Part shown: positions 27,939 to 42,300 of the stretch, in pieces
How the letters are laid out: every line of letters begins with the position of its first letter
Position numbering within the stretch: position 1 is the stretch's first letter
Assembly (NCBI GenBank): GCA_964016885.1
Contig: OZ024742.1
Span: 87,234,001 to 87,298,000 of the forward strand
DNA length: 64,000 nt
Source of the DNA: Eledone cirrhosa
Lineage: Eukaryota
Direction: 5' to 3'
Position numbers and translations under genes: made by a program
The notes under the pieces: model-generated
Told to the model about the DNA's origin: nothing
The model's database searches: none
Seen by the model: the letters and a program-made list of their open reading frames with translations, nothing else

Positions 27939-30900
27939 TTACAGATACATACTTAGAGTAGGCCCATTCACTCGTGCCATTCTTGCTTCTCTCACCAATC
28001 TTTCAACAAAATGCTGGGAAGAGAGCACCTCCCTGTCTAGTCTGATTTTCCTTTTCAAATGAAATTTGAAAAAGTCAATCAGGGCATCATCAAAGAGGTA
28101 AGTGCTCCTCTTCAGCCCTTTCAAACGTGTCCACCATACTATTTCTTTCGCCATGGCCACCAGACAGATGAAAACTGCTTGCCCTTCCCTTGCTAAAAGA
28201 AGAGGGTGTGGCAATCCTCACGATGGACTCAGCTGATAGCTGGATCCGTCATACACGTGACAGCAGGTGTTCGACATAAACCCACAAGTCAGCAATGCTC
28301 GAACACTGGACGAGTTCGTGCAGGACGGTTTCGTCGCCCTGCGCGCATCTCCGACATGCCTGGTTGACGGCGCCTCCATGCCTGTAGAGTTTATCCCGAA
28401 CTGGCAAAGCTCCTCGGTAGCACTGCCATGCCAGGCATTTCTGGAAGTTATCGATAGGCCACGGCCCGAAAGTCCTTCCGAAGAGATTGGCTAGTTGATT
28501 TTCGTCGACGCCTAGAGTTTCTCCAAGTACGTCGTCGCTCGTCCCCTCCACTAATCCTCTATAGAACGCAAAGGTGGAGTTTCCACCGATCACATTGCTG
28601 GACTGGTCGAGGGCTGTGAGCGCCTGAAGACAGTCCAATCTCCAAGCGCTCCCTCTCGGTCTTCGCTTGACCCAGGACTGCAGCTCCGTCAAGGAGACGA
28701 TCTGGGGAAAGACGTGTCTAGCAAACGGCGACCACACCTGATCACCGTCGATGAAGAGGTGGGGATGTCGTAGCCTGAGCGCGTGTCTGCGCATCATCAG
28801 CCACGGCATGCCCAGCCCTCCACTTAGCGGGTGTTGACAGCAGATGGAGCGCCTGACCATCGGAACGCGTCCCTTCCACACACAGCGAAAGAGCAAACGC
28901 TCCAGCGCAGTCAGGCGGGAATAGGACAAGATACGACGGTCAGGCGGTAGTAGATGACGGACGCGATGTACGCGTTAGCCACCTCTGCTCGACCTTTAAG
29001 GGATAGCTTCCTCGCCGCCCTTTTCTGGGTGAGCGAATCCACCCTGCTCGTCACTTCGTCCCAGTTTTTGTCCGTCTGGAGGTCCGGACCGAACCAGACC
29101 CCTAGCAATTTAACCGGTCCGTCCGCCCAACGCCCGACGACGCTGTTGAACGGCATGGAACTGCCTCTCCAGGTGCCGAGCTGCAGGCCCACTGACTTTT
29201 CCTGGTTGATCATTGCTCCTGTCAACGCTTCGTATTCTCTTAGTGTAGTGCCGATCACCTCGATGTGTCTGGTGTTCGACACCACTACGGTGACATCGTC
29301 CGCATATGCTGACACGGATCTTCCGCATCCTAGTTCGCGAGGGACCCAGCTCAACGTCTCCAGTTTGTGCAGTAATGACTCGAGAGTCAATAAGTACAAG
29401 AGGGACAAGAGGGGACATCCTTGGCGGACCGAGCGCATGATGTTGAACGGTTCCGAAAGGTAACCGTTCACTCTCACCACAGAGCAGATGTCGCTGTGCA
29501 TGGCGGCGTCCAGCCTCTGAAGACGGGCCCAAAGCCAGCGGCCCTCAGGACTGCCACTAGATAACGATGGTCGACCCTATCGAAAGCTTTCGACTGATAT
29601 AAATTGATCAAGGACCCACCCGTGCCAGGTTCTCTAGCTACACTCTCTACCTTGTATCACATGAGGTGGAGGTTGTCGTGGATGGATCTGTCGGGAATGG
29701 CGCACGTCTCCGCCTCTCCTGCCAGACCACCAACGACAAGCGCCAACCTCTTTTCTAGCACCTTGGCCAAAATCTTGAACTCTGTGTTTAGCAAAGTTAT
29801 GGGTTTGAAATTATCTACGTTATCCTCCTTGTTCGGATTCTTTCTCAGCACCGCCACAGCTCCTCGGCTCACAGAGCTGGGAATTCTCCTGTTCTGTTGT
29901 CAGTTGCAGTAGACGTCCGCCAAGATGCATCCGAACAAGTCTGGCATCTGTACGTAAAGTACATAGGGCCAACCATCGAAACCAGGCGATTTACCCATTG
30001 TGCAGCTAGTCATTGCCTCCCGTAGTTCAGCGGCCGTTATCGGCTTTTCGCAACACTCCACCTCAGTGGCCGAGAGCCGCGGCAGTCCGTCGTGGTAGAC
30101 ACTAAAGTCTATCCCTCGATCCGGCTCGCCGCTGCCCGAACAGCTGTGCGAAATGTCACTGAAAAGCTTCACACATTTTCCCGGGATCGAGTAGCATACG
30201 CCCGTCGTGGTCCACCAAAGACCGGATCGTGGTTTGTTGCCACGAAGCGCCTCCGCCACTCGGGCCCATTGAACGGCTTTCGTCTCCTCGTGTCTGAGAG
30301 GACGCACACTAGCTCTGAGAACGCAGCCTTCGTGCTTTGCATTGAATAATTGGTCAAGGGCCAATTTCGCCGCAAGTTAGTCGGTCGCGATGCCTTTGCT
30401 ATGCGCCTCGTCTAATTTTCTAACTAGTTTTCCCTCTGCTCTATTTTTCTCTATTGCTAAAGCCTTACTAAACCTAATGGACTCTATTCTAATTGCACTT
30501 TTCAGAGCAAACCACCACTTGTTGACGATGGCCCCCGTCGACGCCCGCTTAACTAGTTCGCTAGTAGCCGGGTCCTCGTCTATGAAGCCTATCTAAGTCA
30601 AGCACACAGATCACGAAATTGTGGTCCGTGTAGCTGACAATCTTGAATTGTGGACAGCCTATGCTAGACCTATCTACTTCCCTATAGAATACTCTATGTA
30701 GATATGATCTGGATGACCCTATGCGATTTGTCCAAGTCTACATTGGCACATTCAGCAAATCCAATCGGTACCTGTCAGACAGTTCAAAGCGCCTGAGCAG
30801 GTTGGTGAGATTCTTGCACCCTCCACCCCTATCCACTAATCCCACACAGTCCCAGCGAGCATCTAAGTTCCCGTTCCAGTAGCCCACTAACAGTAAAGAG

Positions 30901-31302
30901 CGGGTCGTTCCAAGAACGGTCTCCAGACGCCGGAATAAATCTGGTCGCCCTGATCCTGTCGGGGCATAGACAGTACTAACTTGAAAGCTTGCCCTTCTCC
31001 GCTGGTCACATCCAGCACCACCAACTTACCTTCTGGGTCCAGGAAGATGGCCCGTATGGCAAGAGCCAAACCTCCCCGAAAAAACACAGCAACTCCTTCC
31101 GTCCCGATCCCGGACGGCTGAGAGATGCGTACACATCGTAGCCGCCGAAGATCGGTGCGAGGGCCCGTGCTTCGGAGATTCTGGTCTCGCTGCTGGCCAC
31201 TACATCTATGTTTAGTGACCTGAGGTCGTTGAGCAGGTGGCCCTGCTGCCATGACGACCCCAAGCCACGCGCATTTATGCTGCCTATTCTGAGTGAGGTC
31301 AT
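27939..31302 (-). pseudogene. Tx1 ORF2 (AP endonuclease + reverse transcriptase + C-terminal zinc finger), disrupted
   Basis: MTSLRIGSINARGL, KSPGFDG, FKPITLLNTEFKILAK, VRQGCPL, AYADDV, GGLGMP, CRRC..ETVLH. Confidence 0.92.
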
Positions 31303-31412
31303 GTTGAAATGGAGTGGAAAAGATGGGAAATACCACTTACCTTACTTCTCGTAGAGGAAGGACGATTTCTCCAACATTTTCACTGCTTGTGGCCTCCTCA
31401 GGAAGGATGTCC

Positions 31413-32985
31413 TTATGAATCGTCCTGGAGAGTGCTTGTCGGAAGTCTCCGATGTCTTTGGGGAATTTTTGTTTTAGTGTCATGTATTTTTTCTGTGTGA
31501 TGCGAGTGATTTGTATGTGTGGAGGTGGTGTGAACTTTTGGGTTGCTGTGTAGTCTTTTTGTGTGATGCTGGTGTTGTGTTGGATGTAGTGTAATAATTG
31601 GTTGTTGTTCAAATTTAATGCTGTGTAGTGTGTATCGTTTTGGTTGTTTTGTTTTGTTTGAGTTTGTTGTGGGTTTGTTTCTGTTACGCTTTTTGGTGAT
31701 ATTTGTGGTGTAGGTGATGGTGGTGTTGGGGTTAATGATGGTGATGGTGTTGGTGTTTGGGGTGATGGGTTGGTGATGCTGGTTTTGATGGTAGAATATA
31801 TGTCCTAACTTTTTTGTTTGATAGTTTATTTGTTTCCCTCTGTATTTTCTTTTTGGATGGGGAAGGAAGTGGATTTTTTTTCTTTTTTGGCCCCTTTTTG
31901 TCTTTTTTCCTGATATCGTTTCCCACTCCTCGTCGTCACAATCTCTCTCCAGTTGTGATAGGACGGCGTTATTTTTGGTTGTGGTCTGGTGGATGGTGTA
32001 GGCGCTGGTGCTAGTTTTGGCGCGTTGGGTGGTGGTGGTGTTGGTTTTGCTACTGTTGCTGGGGTTGTTGCTGTTACAGTTGCAACTGTTGTTGCTACTA
32101 CCGTTGATGCTGCCATCTTTGATGCTGGCGGTGTTGATGGTTGTGTCACTGGGGTGGGTAGGAGAGGTGGCCTCAACCTTTTTAGCCTGAGGGCAGAAAG
32201 CCCTTAGGTGGGTTCCTTCACCACAAACGACACACCTGCCCTCGACGATTACGGTGAGGTTGCTGCCGTCAGTGAGGTCTGTTACTTCTGGGATCTCCTC
32301 AATGCATTTTTGGTCCGCTTGGATCAGGAGCTCCATCCCATATCCGGACCAGTTCTCCTGCTTTTCTTTCGCTATTTCGATTATGTTGGTGTTGGTTTCG
32401 ATGCCGGCGAGGACGGCAGCTATTAGCCAGGGAATTTCGATGGCCGGTGGAACGTGGGTGACCCTGATCTTTACGAGTCTCTGGCCACAATAGCTTGGGA
32501 CGAGTGTGAGTCGTCACTTCTTAATGGGTTCATGGAGTGTTCTCTAGCCTGCTGTGGTGTTTCAAAGAACACGTCCACGGTTCCATACTTCTGCCCACGC
32601 CGGATGTGGGTTTTTTTTGCCCACACATGTCCAAAGCTTTTTGATTTGGGACTCGGATGCCCGTTCCACTCGGCGCCATTTCATATTAATTGTTCGATAA
32701 GACACGGTACATAGGCGCCGTCGCTCCATTTTATTAGGTGTGTGTGTGGGTCGGGGGGATGAGGCAGACTCTGTACCCATCTTTCTTTACCATTTTTTTT
32801 GCTTCTTCTAATTCCTCCTGAGTTACCTGAAATGCTTCGCAGTGTTTTGCTATTCTGGCAAAACTCAGGGTGGTTTTCTTAATGTCATTGTTGCTTTTGT
32901 TGTTATCGTTATTTTTGTTATTATTAATTTTAGTTTCAGTTGTGGTGGTGGTGGCGTCAGTAGTGTTCGGTGTGGAAGAGTTCAT
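31413..32985 (-). pseudogene. Tx1 ORF1 (gag-like, CCHC zinc knuckle), frameshifted
   Basis: DGSNLTVIVEGRCVVCGEGTHLRAFCP (CX2CX4HX4C), with Asn/Thr-rich low-complexity flanks. Confidence 0.8.
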
Positions 32986-33456
32986 TTTGGTTGAATTCCT
33001 TTCGATATCACGAGTTAATTTATTTTTTTCTTTTGTTTCTGTTATCGCTGTGATGGTGGTGGGGGTAGCGCCTAAACACCTGCAGTCATTGGTAATAGCG
33101 GGAAATGAATGTCTGACTGAGACAAATTAAAAATATTGTTACTGCTTATGTTTTTAGTGTTGGCAAACGTGGTAATATTTACAATGGTGGTGTCGGTGTG
33201 AGGTGTTAGTTTGTGAGGAAGGAGTGACTCTGAGTCCTCCATGATTTTTCAAAGAAAATGTTTTGTTTGATAATTATAAAAGTTAAAATGTTGGGCTCAA
33301 GGCCCCAATCTTTTTGGGTGTCCTTTTCAGATAACAATGTATGTGCACTTATATACAGTTAACAATAAAAATTCTCGATAAATGGAAATTGTAAACAACT
33401 GAAAATAATAAACCTTTGCGGAGTTCACGATAATCCAATTTACTACGTAGGGCGCC

Positions 33457-33503
<47 letters not shown>
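33457..33503. repeat. (TAA)n target microsatellite between head-to-head Tx1 and Dong elements
   Basis: Pure TAA run; similar runs at 37545, 38859, 39378, 42470, 48092, 62894 and 63362. Confidence 0.95.
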
Positions 33504-36500
33504 GAGACAATTATTAATAATTTCATTCTTAAGCCACGCAATGCTCACATTAAGGAACCACTCATGATAATAACAATTTAAAAAAAACAACAAAAAGAAA
33601 ACCCGTGACCAAGAAATACCGGGATGGCGGCCGGCGGGGAATAGCCATGTCTCTAGGGGAGAACGACCCCTCTAGTCTTGGTTGACACTCGTTCTAGAAG
33701 TGGTAACACGAAATGATTACCCCTTGTCGGATAAGGATAAAACGCGAGAAAATAAAGTAGATGTCTAATGATGAAATCTCATACCGGATCGGCCGTCACC
33801 CGGATAAAAAAGGGCCGCGTCCCTCAGAGAGGAACCAGACTGGGGTCGAAAAATCAGCTAATGGTTCAAACCTTCCCATCACTTCGGAGCTGGAGACCTC
33901 CCATAACCGGAATACTCCTACTGTTTGCCCTCCATGCTCACCACCAAGAAATCCAAAGAAAAAGAGAGAAAAATGGTCAAGGGAAGATAATAAAGAAGTC
34001 CTTGAGGCTTTCTACACTGCCATGTACTACCCATCAAATATATCGAATACAGAACAAACATATATCAACTGGAAAAAGAAACATCCCGAAAACAGAGGCT
34101 ATATTGACAGTAACAAACTAGCCAATATACGAAGAAATATTGTAAGAAAAAAGTTACTAACTGATATAGAAATTGATCAGATCAAGCTCGTAGCACAAAG
34201 TCAGCGAAGGGAAAATGAAGCATGTGTCAGTGAAAACGAGGTAAACTGTAACACTTCGAATCCCAGGGTTGGGGCGGAATCACTGGCAACAGAACAAATT
34301 AAAGAAAGGAGCGAAAAAGTGGAGGGAGTGCATGCTCAGGATGAAACTCCAAATGAAAATAATGAGATCGTAAATGATAAAGAAATGAATGAGAATGAAC
34401 TTGCCAACTTGAAGGATGAAATTATGATCGAATGGATGAAAATGAAAGAATCTGACAAGGGGGAACGAGACACCCTCCCTAAGATCCAGAACTCCAAACA
34501 GAACCAAAAGATAATACACAAGACTAACATAATTCTCAAAAACATTATCATCACAAACAAACTAAACATTACTAACTTAAATCATCTCTATTATGCATCG
34601 GCTAAAGTCACCATTCACTTATGTGGAGTGAAGATGAAAAAACAAAGGAATTCCCACAAGAAATCTACTTGGCAAGATAACATCATTCGCCAAATAAACC
34701 TTCTCCGATCTGACATAGAAATTTTAACAAACTATAAAGTAGGTGAACATGTTAAACAAACTAAACTTAGAAAATTGAAAAAAAAGTACAGTATAAGATC
34801 AACATGTGACATAGACATGCTGATAGAAACAATCAAGCAAAAAGTGTCGGCCAAAGCTGCTCGTATAAGGCGCCTTGAAAAACGATCTAGATTCTATACG
34901 GACAATAATATGTTCAAAAACAACCAAAGAAACTTCTACAGAAAAATTGGTAAGTCAACAATAACTGCTAAATCAATACCACCCAAGGAGGAAGTGCAAG
35001 AATTCTGGGAAAAGCTCTGGGCCGAAGAAAAAGTTCATAACATACATGCCCCATGGATAGACAGACAAATGAAAGAAACAGCTCACCTTGAAGAACAAAC
35101 ATGGGAAAATATAACAGTTGAACTTGGCTCTAAGAAAAACCAGCAAATGGAAATCCCCAGGAAAAGACAAAATACAAAACTTTTGGATAAATGCCTTCAC
35201 AGAGTCTCATGAGCTGTTAGCCCAACTTTACAATGAAATAGTTAAGGAGCCAGAAAAGATACCATCATGGCTAGTTAACGGCATTACATTCCTGCTACCG
35301 AAGAATGATGAGACAAACAATCCCAACAATTACAGACCGATAACCTGCTTGACCACAATGTATAAAATTTTAACATCAGTCCTACCTGAATACACATATG
35401 ACCACCTGATAACAAATGACCTATTTCCCATTGAGCAGAAAGGGTGTAAACGAGGCTCATATGGCTGTAAGGATCAGCTTCTGGTTAACAAAATGATACT
35501 GGAAGATTGTCATAATAGACACAAAAATCTATCGATTGCTTGGATAGATTATAAAAAAGCATTTGATAGTTTGCCACACAGTTGGATTGAACAATGTTTA
35601 GAGATTTTCAAAATATCCCCCGTTGTCAGGAGGTTTTTGTCATTCAGTATGAGGACATGGAGAACGACACTCCTTTTGAATAGTGAAACAAAATCACTGG
35701 AAGCTGGAGAAGTTAACATTAATTGTGGAATTTTTCAGGGTGATTCTTTATCACCGCTTTTATTCTGCATCGCACTTACACCATTAAGTAAAATGCTCAA
35801 TGAAACAAAACATGGATATAGAGTCTATGACAAAACCATTAATCACCTGTTCTACATGGATGACCTGAAACTATTTGCAAAAAATGATGAACAATTGCAA
35901 GGGCTATTATCCACTGTGAAGCAGTTCAGTGAAGACATTAAAATGGAGTTTGGACTGGATAAATGCGCCAAAGCAACGTTCACCAGAGGAAAGCTGCTGA
36001 AGAGTTCAGACATTAATCTTGATCGGGGGAACGTGATAAGAGAGCTTGATCAAGAACAAACTTACAAATATCTAGGTGTTTGTGAAGGAGACGGAATCAA
36101 GCACTCGACAATGAGGGAAAGGATAAGGAAGGAATGTTACCGCAGAGTCAGAGCAATCTTAAGAACGGAATTGAATGCAAGGAATAGGATCGATGCCATA
36201 AAGACGCTTGCCATACCAGTAGTAACCTACAGTTACAATGTCATCAACTGGTCAAGCACATAGATCCGTAGGCTCGATACAAAAATCCGAAAATTCTTAA
36301 CCATGCACAGAATGCATCACCCTAAGGCAGACATAGATAGAATATATCTCCCTAGGAAAGAAGGAGGACGTGGGTTAATCCAGTTAGACATTGCGTTGAA
36401 AACTGCAACAATTGGATTATCCACATATCTAAGGGAATCACATGATTGGATGATCAAACTCGTTTTGAAACACGAAAGCACCAAAAGATCATATTCCATT

Positions 36501-37545
36501 ACAAAAGATGCACAAAGATACAGTAATGGACTACAAATTTCAGAAGTCCCATTTACTGCTGAAATGGAAAACACAGAAAAAGCAAAGCTGGTAAAAGTAA
36601 CTGCAAAGAAAGAACTGCTACAGAAACTGGCTAAGAAATGGCAAGAAAAGCCTTTGTATAGAAAATACCCAGAGCGAGCTAACAATCCTGATGTGGACAA
36701 AACTTTAACCCATCAGTGGTTGGCATCCTCTGGACTGAAATCGTAGACTGAGGGACTGATTATATCGGCACAAGATCAGTGTCTGCCAACAAAAAATTAC
36801 CAAGCCAACATAATAAAAAATGGGTGCAGCCCATTATGCCGTGTATGCAAAAAACAACCAGAGACCATTGCCCATATAATTTCAATGTGCAGTCCTATAG
36901 CTCCAACCGAATACCTAAACAGGCATGACAGAGCTGCACAATACATACATTGGATAATGTGTAAGCATTTTGACCTGCCCCATCAAAAGAATTGGTGGGA
37001 GCATCAACCACCTCCCATACTTGAAAAATATCACATCTCAATCTTGTGGAACTTTAGCATCCAAACAGACCGAAAAATAGATGCAAATAGACCTGATATA
37101 ATATTGAAGGACTTTCAAAGGAGGGTATGCCTGCTAATTGATATGTCTGTTCCAATAGACAAGAATGTATGTATAAAAACATTTGAAAAATTGAGCAAGT
37201 ATAAGGACCTGGAGATATAATTGGAAAAATGTGGAAATTGAGAACTAAAACAATACCAGTGGTTGTAGGCGCTCTGGGAATGATACCTAAGGGGTCTAAC
37301 GACTACTTATCGCAAATCCCAGGAAACCCGCGTATAGGTGAAATACAAAAGATAGTACTAATGGGAACTGCCCATATACTAAGGAAGATCCTGTCAATAT
37401 AAGTACATCACAAGTCTAAACACTAAGGATGCATGTGTGAATATGTATGTTCTTTCTTGAACATGGCGGACCTTGTTGTCTCTTGAGGTCACTGGTTGTG
37501 ACTTGGTGATAACTCGTATAAACATAAAGCAAGATAAATGCAAAT
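33504..37545 (+). mobile_element. R4/Dong-clade RLE non-LTR retrotransposon (family 1), apparently full length
   Basis: Single ORF with RT and C-terminal CCHC plus restriction-like endonuclease; (TAA)n on both flanks, the known Dong target. Confidence 0.9.
33761..37400 (+). pseudogene. R4/Dong ORF (RT + CCHC + RLE) with about 2 frameshifts and 2 stops
   Basis: WKSPGKD, YRPITCL, WIDYKKAFDS, GIFQGDSLSP, HLFYMDDLK, YLPRKEGGRGL, CRVC..H..SMC, RHD, RPDIIL..LIDMSVP..KYKDL. Confidence 0.92.
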
Positions 37546-37561
37546 AATAATAATAATAATA

Positions 37562-38858
37562 AGTCAAGCACAGAGATCCATAGGCTCGATACAAAAATTC
37601 GAAAATTCTTAACCATGCATAGAATGCATCACCCTAAGGTAGATATAGATAGAATATATCTCCCTAGGAAAGAAGGAGGACGTGGGTTAGTCCAGTTAGA
37701 CATTGCGTTGAAAACTGCAACAATTGGATTATCTACATATCTAAGGGAATCACATGATTGGATGATCAGACTCGTTTTGAAACACGAAGGCATCAATAGA
37801 TCATATTGCATTACAAAAGATACACAAAGATACAGCAATGGACTACACATTTCAGAAGTCCCATTTACTGCTGAAATGGAAAACACAGAAACAGCAAAGC
37901 AGGTAAAAGTAACTGCAAAGAAAGAACTGCTACAGAAACTGGCTAAGAAATGTCAAGAAAAGCCTCTGTATGGAAAATAACCAGAGCTAGCTAACAATCC
38001 TGATGTTGACAAAACTTTAACCCATCAGTGGTTGGCATCCTCTGGACTGAAATCGGAGACTGAAGTACTGATTATATCAGCACAAGATCAGTGTCTGCCA
38101 ACAAAAAATTACCAAGCCAACATAATAAAAAATGGATGCAGCCCATTATGCCGTGTGTGCAAAGAACAACCAGTGACCATTGACCATATAATTTCAATGT
38201 GCAGTCCTATAGCTCCAACCGAATACCTAAACAGGCATGACAGAGCTGCACAATACATACATTGGATAATGTGTAAGCATTTTGAACTGCTCATCAAAAG
38301 AATTGGTGGGAGCATCAACCACCTCCCATACTTGAAAAATATCACATCTCAATCTTGTGGAACTTTAGCATCCAAACACACCGAAAAATAGTTGCAAATA
38401 GACCTGATATAATATTGAAGGACTTTAAAAAGAGGGTATGCCTGCTAATTGATATGTCCGTTCCAATAGTCAAGAATGTATCTATAAAAACATTTGAAAA
38501 ATTGAGCAAGTATAAGGACCTGGAGATAGAAATTGGAAAAATATTGAAATTGAGAACTAAAACAATACCAGTGGTTGTAGGCGCTCAGGAATGATACCTA
38601 AGGGGTCTAATGATTACTTATCGCAAATCCCAGGAAACCCGCGTATAGGAGCAATACAAAAGATAGTTCTAATTGGAACTGCCCATATACTAAGGAAGAT
38701 TCTGTCAATATAAGTACAATACAAGTCTAAACACTAAAGATGCATGTGTGAGTATTGATGTTCTTTCTTGAACATGGCGGACCTTGTTGTCTCTTGAGGT
38801 CACTGGTTGTGACTTGGTGATAACTCGTATGAATATAAAGCAAGATAAATGCAACTGC
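37562..38858 (+). mobile_element. 5'-truncated tandem copy of Dong family 1
   Basis: Near-identical to 36250-37545; bounded by (TAA)n. Confidence 0.92.
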
Positions 38859-38907
<49 letters not shown>

Positions 38908-38908
<1 letters not shown>

Positions 38909-39372
38909 TTTCTTTATTGGCCACAAGGGCTGACATCAAGAAAAACATCACAGACTGAACAGGACGGTACGATGTGGGTTTTGTGCGTGTCAATATTTTC
39001 ATTATTTATATTTAGAAAAGAAAAAAGACATAAAACACATATATATATAAACAATAAAATGAAAATTGAAACAATGAAAAATTCCCCAATAGGGGGAAAC
39101 CTCCGAGGGTTACTCGTGGCGAAAACCACACTATAGACCACGGCCACCCTGACTACCAGGGCAAGTGCCCTCTCTCAATTTTTCCATCTCTCAAACTACA
39201 GACGTATATTCACTCGGACCATTCTCGCTACATTCACCCACCTTTCAACAAACTTGCTACAAAGCAGCACTTGCCTCTCCACCTTGATTTTCCTTTTCAA
39301 GTGAAACTTGAAAAAGTTAATCAGGGGTTCGCCGAAGAGGAGAAAGTGTTTGTCTTTAATCCGTTTAACCTT
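38908..39372 (-). mobile_element. 5'-truncated Tx1 3' end
   Basis: LINFFKFHLKRKIKVERQVL..RWVNVARM, 3' UTR with AATAAA, (ATT)n flanks. Confidence 0.85.
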
Positions 39373-39396
39373 GTTAAAATAATAATAATAATAATA

Positions 39397-42300
39397 TCTC
39401 ATTCTCCTGACCATTATACTGCGAAAAGTGAGAGCAGGATACAAGTTGGGAAGGGAGAGCTTACCATCAATCACCTCCTCATCATGGACGATCTTAAGCT
39501 CCTCGGGAAGCGTGAAAAGGAGTTGGATGTGCTTGTTGACACTGTCCCTATTTTCAGCAATGATATATGTATGCAATTTGGTATTAGTAAGTGTGGAGTC
39601 CTTGTGATGTAGAGGGGTAAATTGCGCAGAAGCCAGGGAATCCAGGTTCCCACAGGTGAGCTGATAAAGGAAATTGACACTGAAGAAGGATACAACTTTT
39701 TTGGTGTTCTGGAGGCTGATGACTCAAGCACAAAAAAATGAAGGAATTGATAAGATCTGAATACATTTGGAGAGTAAGGAACGTATTAAACTCACATCTG
39801 AACAGTAGGAATTTCAAAGTGCAGTAAACTCCCGAGATGTGTCTATTATTAGGTACAGTGCGGGAATTCTGAGATGGAATGTTGCTAAACAAAATAAAAT
39901 GGGTAGGAAGACTAGGAAGCTATTGACTATCTACAACATGTTCCACAAGAGGAGTGATATCGATTGACTCTACTTAAGGAGATCTGAAGGTGGAAGAGCT
40001 AATATCATCATAGAAGGAGGTGTTCAGATGGAGAAAAACAACATACACAAATACGTGACCGATAGTAAGGAGCCAATGCTCAGAATTATACTGAATTATA
40101 TAGACCAGGGGATGTCCAAGGAGGAATTAACAACAAGGAGAAAGAGCAATCTTCATGAAAAATCCCTTCATATTACCTTCTTTGAGAAAATGGAATTCAG
40201 AGATCGACAGACATGGAACTGGTTGAGAAGAGGAGACCTTAAAAAGACTACAGCAGGAATGCTAATGGCTGCGCAAGAGCAGGCTCTCAAAACGAAGTGG
40301 CTGAAACACCATATTTACAAGGAGGACGGTAGCCCACTGTGCAGGATCTGTGGACAGAGAAAGGAGACTGTGGCCCACGGTGTATCGTGTGTGGAGAAAA
40401 GGTACCCCAGCTCTGGTAATGAAAAACCGAATCAAGAGTAATGATGTTACCAACTATATACCTATCACATGTCTGTCCGTATTGTGGAAACTTTTCGCAA
40501 GCATTGTGTATGAGGAAATCTACCATCACCTCGATAGAACAACTTGTTACCGGACGAACAGATATGAGGCCGAAAGATTTCCTGTGGTACAAAAGACAAG
40601 TTACTTATTGATAAGATGGTAATGAGGAATTGCAAGAGGAGACACACAGGTCTTGCCATGGGATGGATAGATTAAAAACATTGATTCGACATGGTACCCC
40701 ATTCTTGGATAACCAAAAGCCTAGTGATCTTCAAGGTGGCAGATAACATCAGACAGTTGTTGGGCAAAAGTATGATGCTTTGGAAAACAATTAACATCGG
40801 GCGGATAATCCTTGGGGTGCGTGAAGATCAAGAGAGGTATCTTCCAGGGAGAGAGTCTGTCCCCTCTGCTGTTTGTCCTTGCTCTGTGACAGCAGAATAC
40901 AAGTTGGGAAAAGGAGAGCTTGCCTTCAATCACCTCCTCTTCATGGACGATCTTAAACACTTTGAGAAGAGTGAGAAGGAGTTGGGTGTACTTGTTGAGA
41001 CAGTCCGTATTTTCAGCAACGATATATGTATGCAATTTGGTATTCATAAGTGTGGAGTCATTGTGATGAGGAGGGGCAAATTGAGCAGAAGCAACGGTAT
41101 CCAGGTACCAACAGGTGAGATGATAAAGGAAAATGATACTGAAGTAGGATACAAATGTTTAGGTGTTCTGGAGGCAGATGACATCAAGAAAAAAAATGAA
41201 GAAATTGATAAGATATGAGTACATTAGGAGAGTAAGGAGCGTATTAAAATTACATCTAAATAGTAGGAATGCCATACCTGCAGTGAATTTCAGAGCTGTG
41301 TCTATTATTAGGTACAGTGCAGGAATTCTGAAATGGAATGTTGCTGAACAAAAGTAAATGGATAAGAAGACTAGGAAGCTATTGACTATCTACAATATGT
41401 ACCACAAGAGGAGTGTTGTCGATAGACTCTACTTAAAGATCTGAAGTTGGAAGAGGTCTGAAGGTGGAAGTGATGTCGATAGACTCTACTTAAAGATCTG
41501 AAGGTGGAAGAGGTCTTATAAGCATAGAGGTCTGTGTTCAGATGGAAAAAAATCACCTGCACAAATGCGTGACTGACAGTGGGGAGCCAATGCTCAGAAT
41601 TGTTCTGAAGGAGAGAACAATAGACCAGGGGATGTCCAAGGATGATATAACAGCAAGGAGGAAGAGCAACCTCCATGAACAATCCCTTCATAGTTCGTTC
41701 TTTGAGAAAATTGAATTTAGAGATCCACATACATGGAACTGGCTAAAAAGAGGAGACCTTAAAAAGGCTATAAAAGGAATGCTAGTGGGTGAAACACCAT
41801 ATTTACAAAGAGGTGGCTAGTCCACTGTGTAGGTTCTGTGGAGTGAGAGAGAGAAGACTGTGGCTCACATTGTATGCGAGTGTAAACACCTAGCCCAGAC
41901 TCACTATAAAGGCTGGAGACATGATGTGATGGGCAGGGTGATTCACTGGCATTATGCAAAGTAAACAATTTACCACATTCTGAGAAGTGGTATGAGCATA
42001 AACCAGAGTCGGTAATAACAAACGATCAGGTGAAGGTGCTATTGGATTTTAGGATACAGACGAACAATAAACTGGAACACAATAGGTCTGACCTGGTGGT
42101 TTTGGACAAGGAAAAAAGATCGTGTCTGATTGTAGATGTAGCCTGTCCAGTTGACACGAGAGGTCAAGAAAAGGAGAGGGAGAGAATTAACCGATACCAG
42201 GACTTAAAGTGGGAGGTAAAAAGGATTTGGTACTGCCATGAAATCAGAGTTATCCGATTGTCATAGGCGCACTAGGCACAATCTCAAAAAGTTTCCAAGG

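Larger units (their letters stand above)
27690..33456 (-). mobile_element. Tx1-clade (L1 group) non-LTR retrotransposon, apparently full length, degenerate
   Basis: ORF1 with zinc knuckle, ORF2 APE-RT-zinc finger, AATAAA near the 3' end, (ATT)n on both flanks. Confidence 0.92.

Noticed and set aside
33504-33760. HDV-like ribozyme at the Dong 5' end
   Set aside because: P1, P3, L3 and J4/2 could not be assigned by eye; reported only as a structured UTR.
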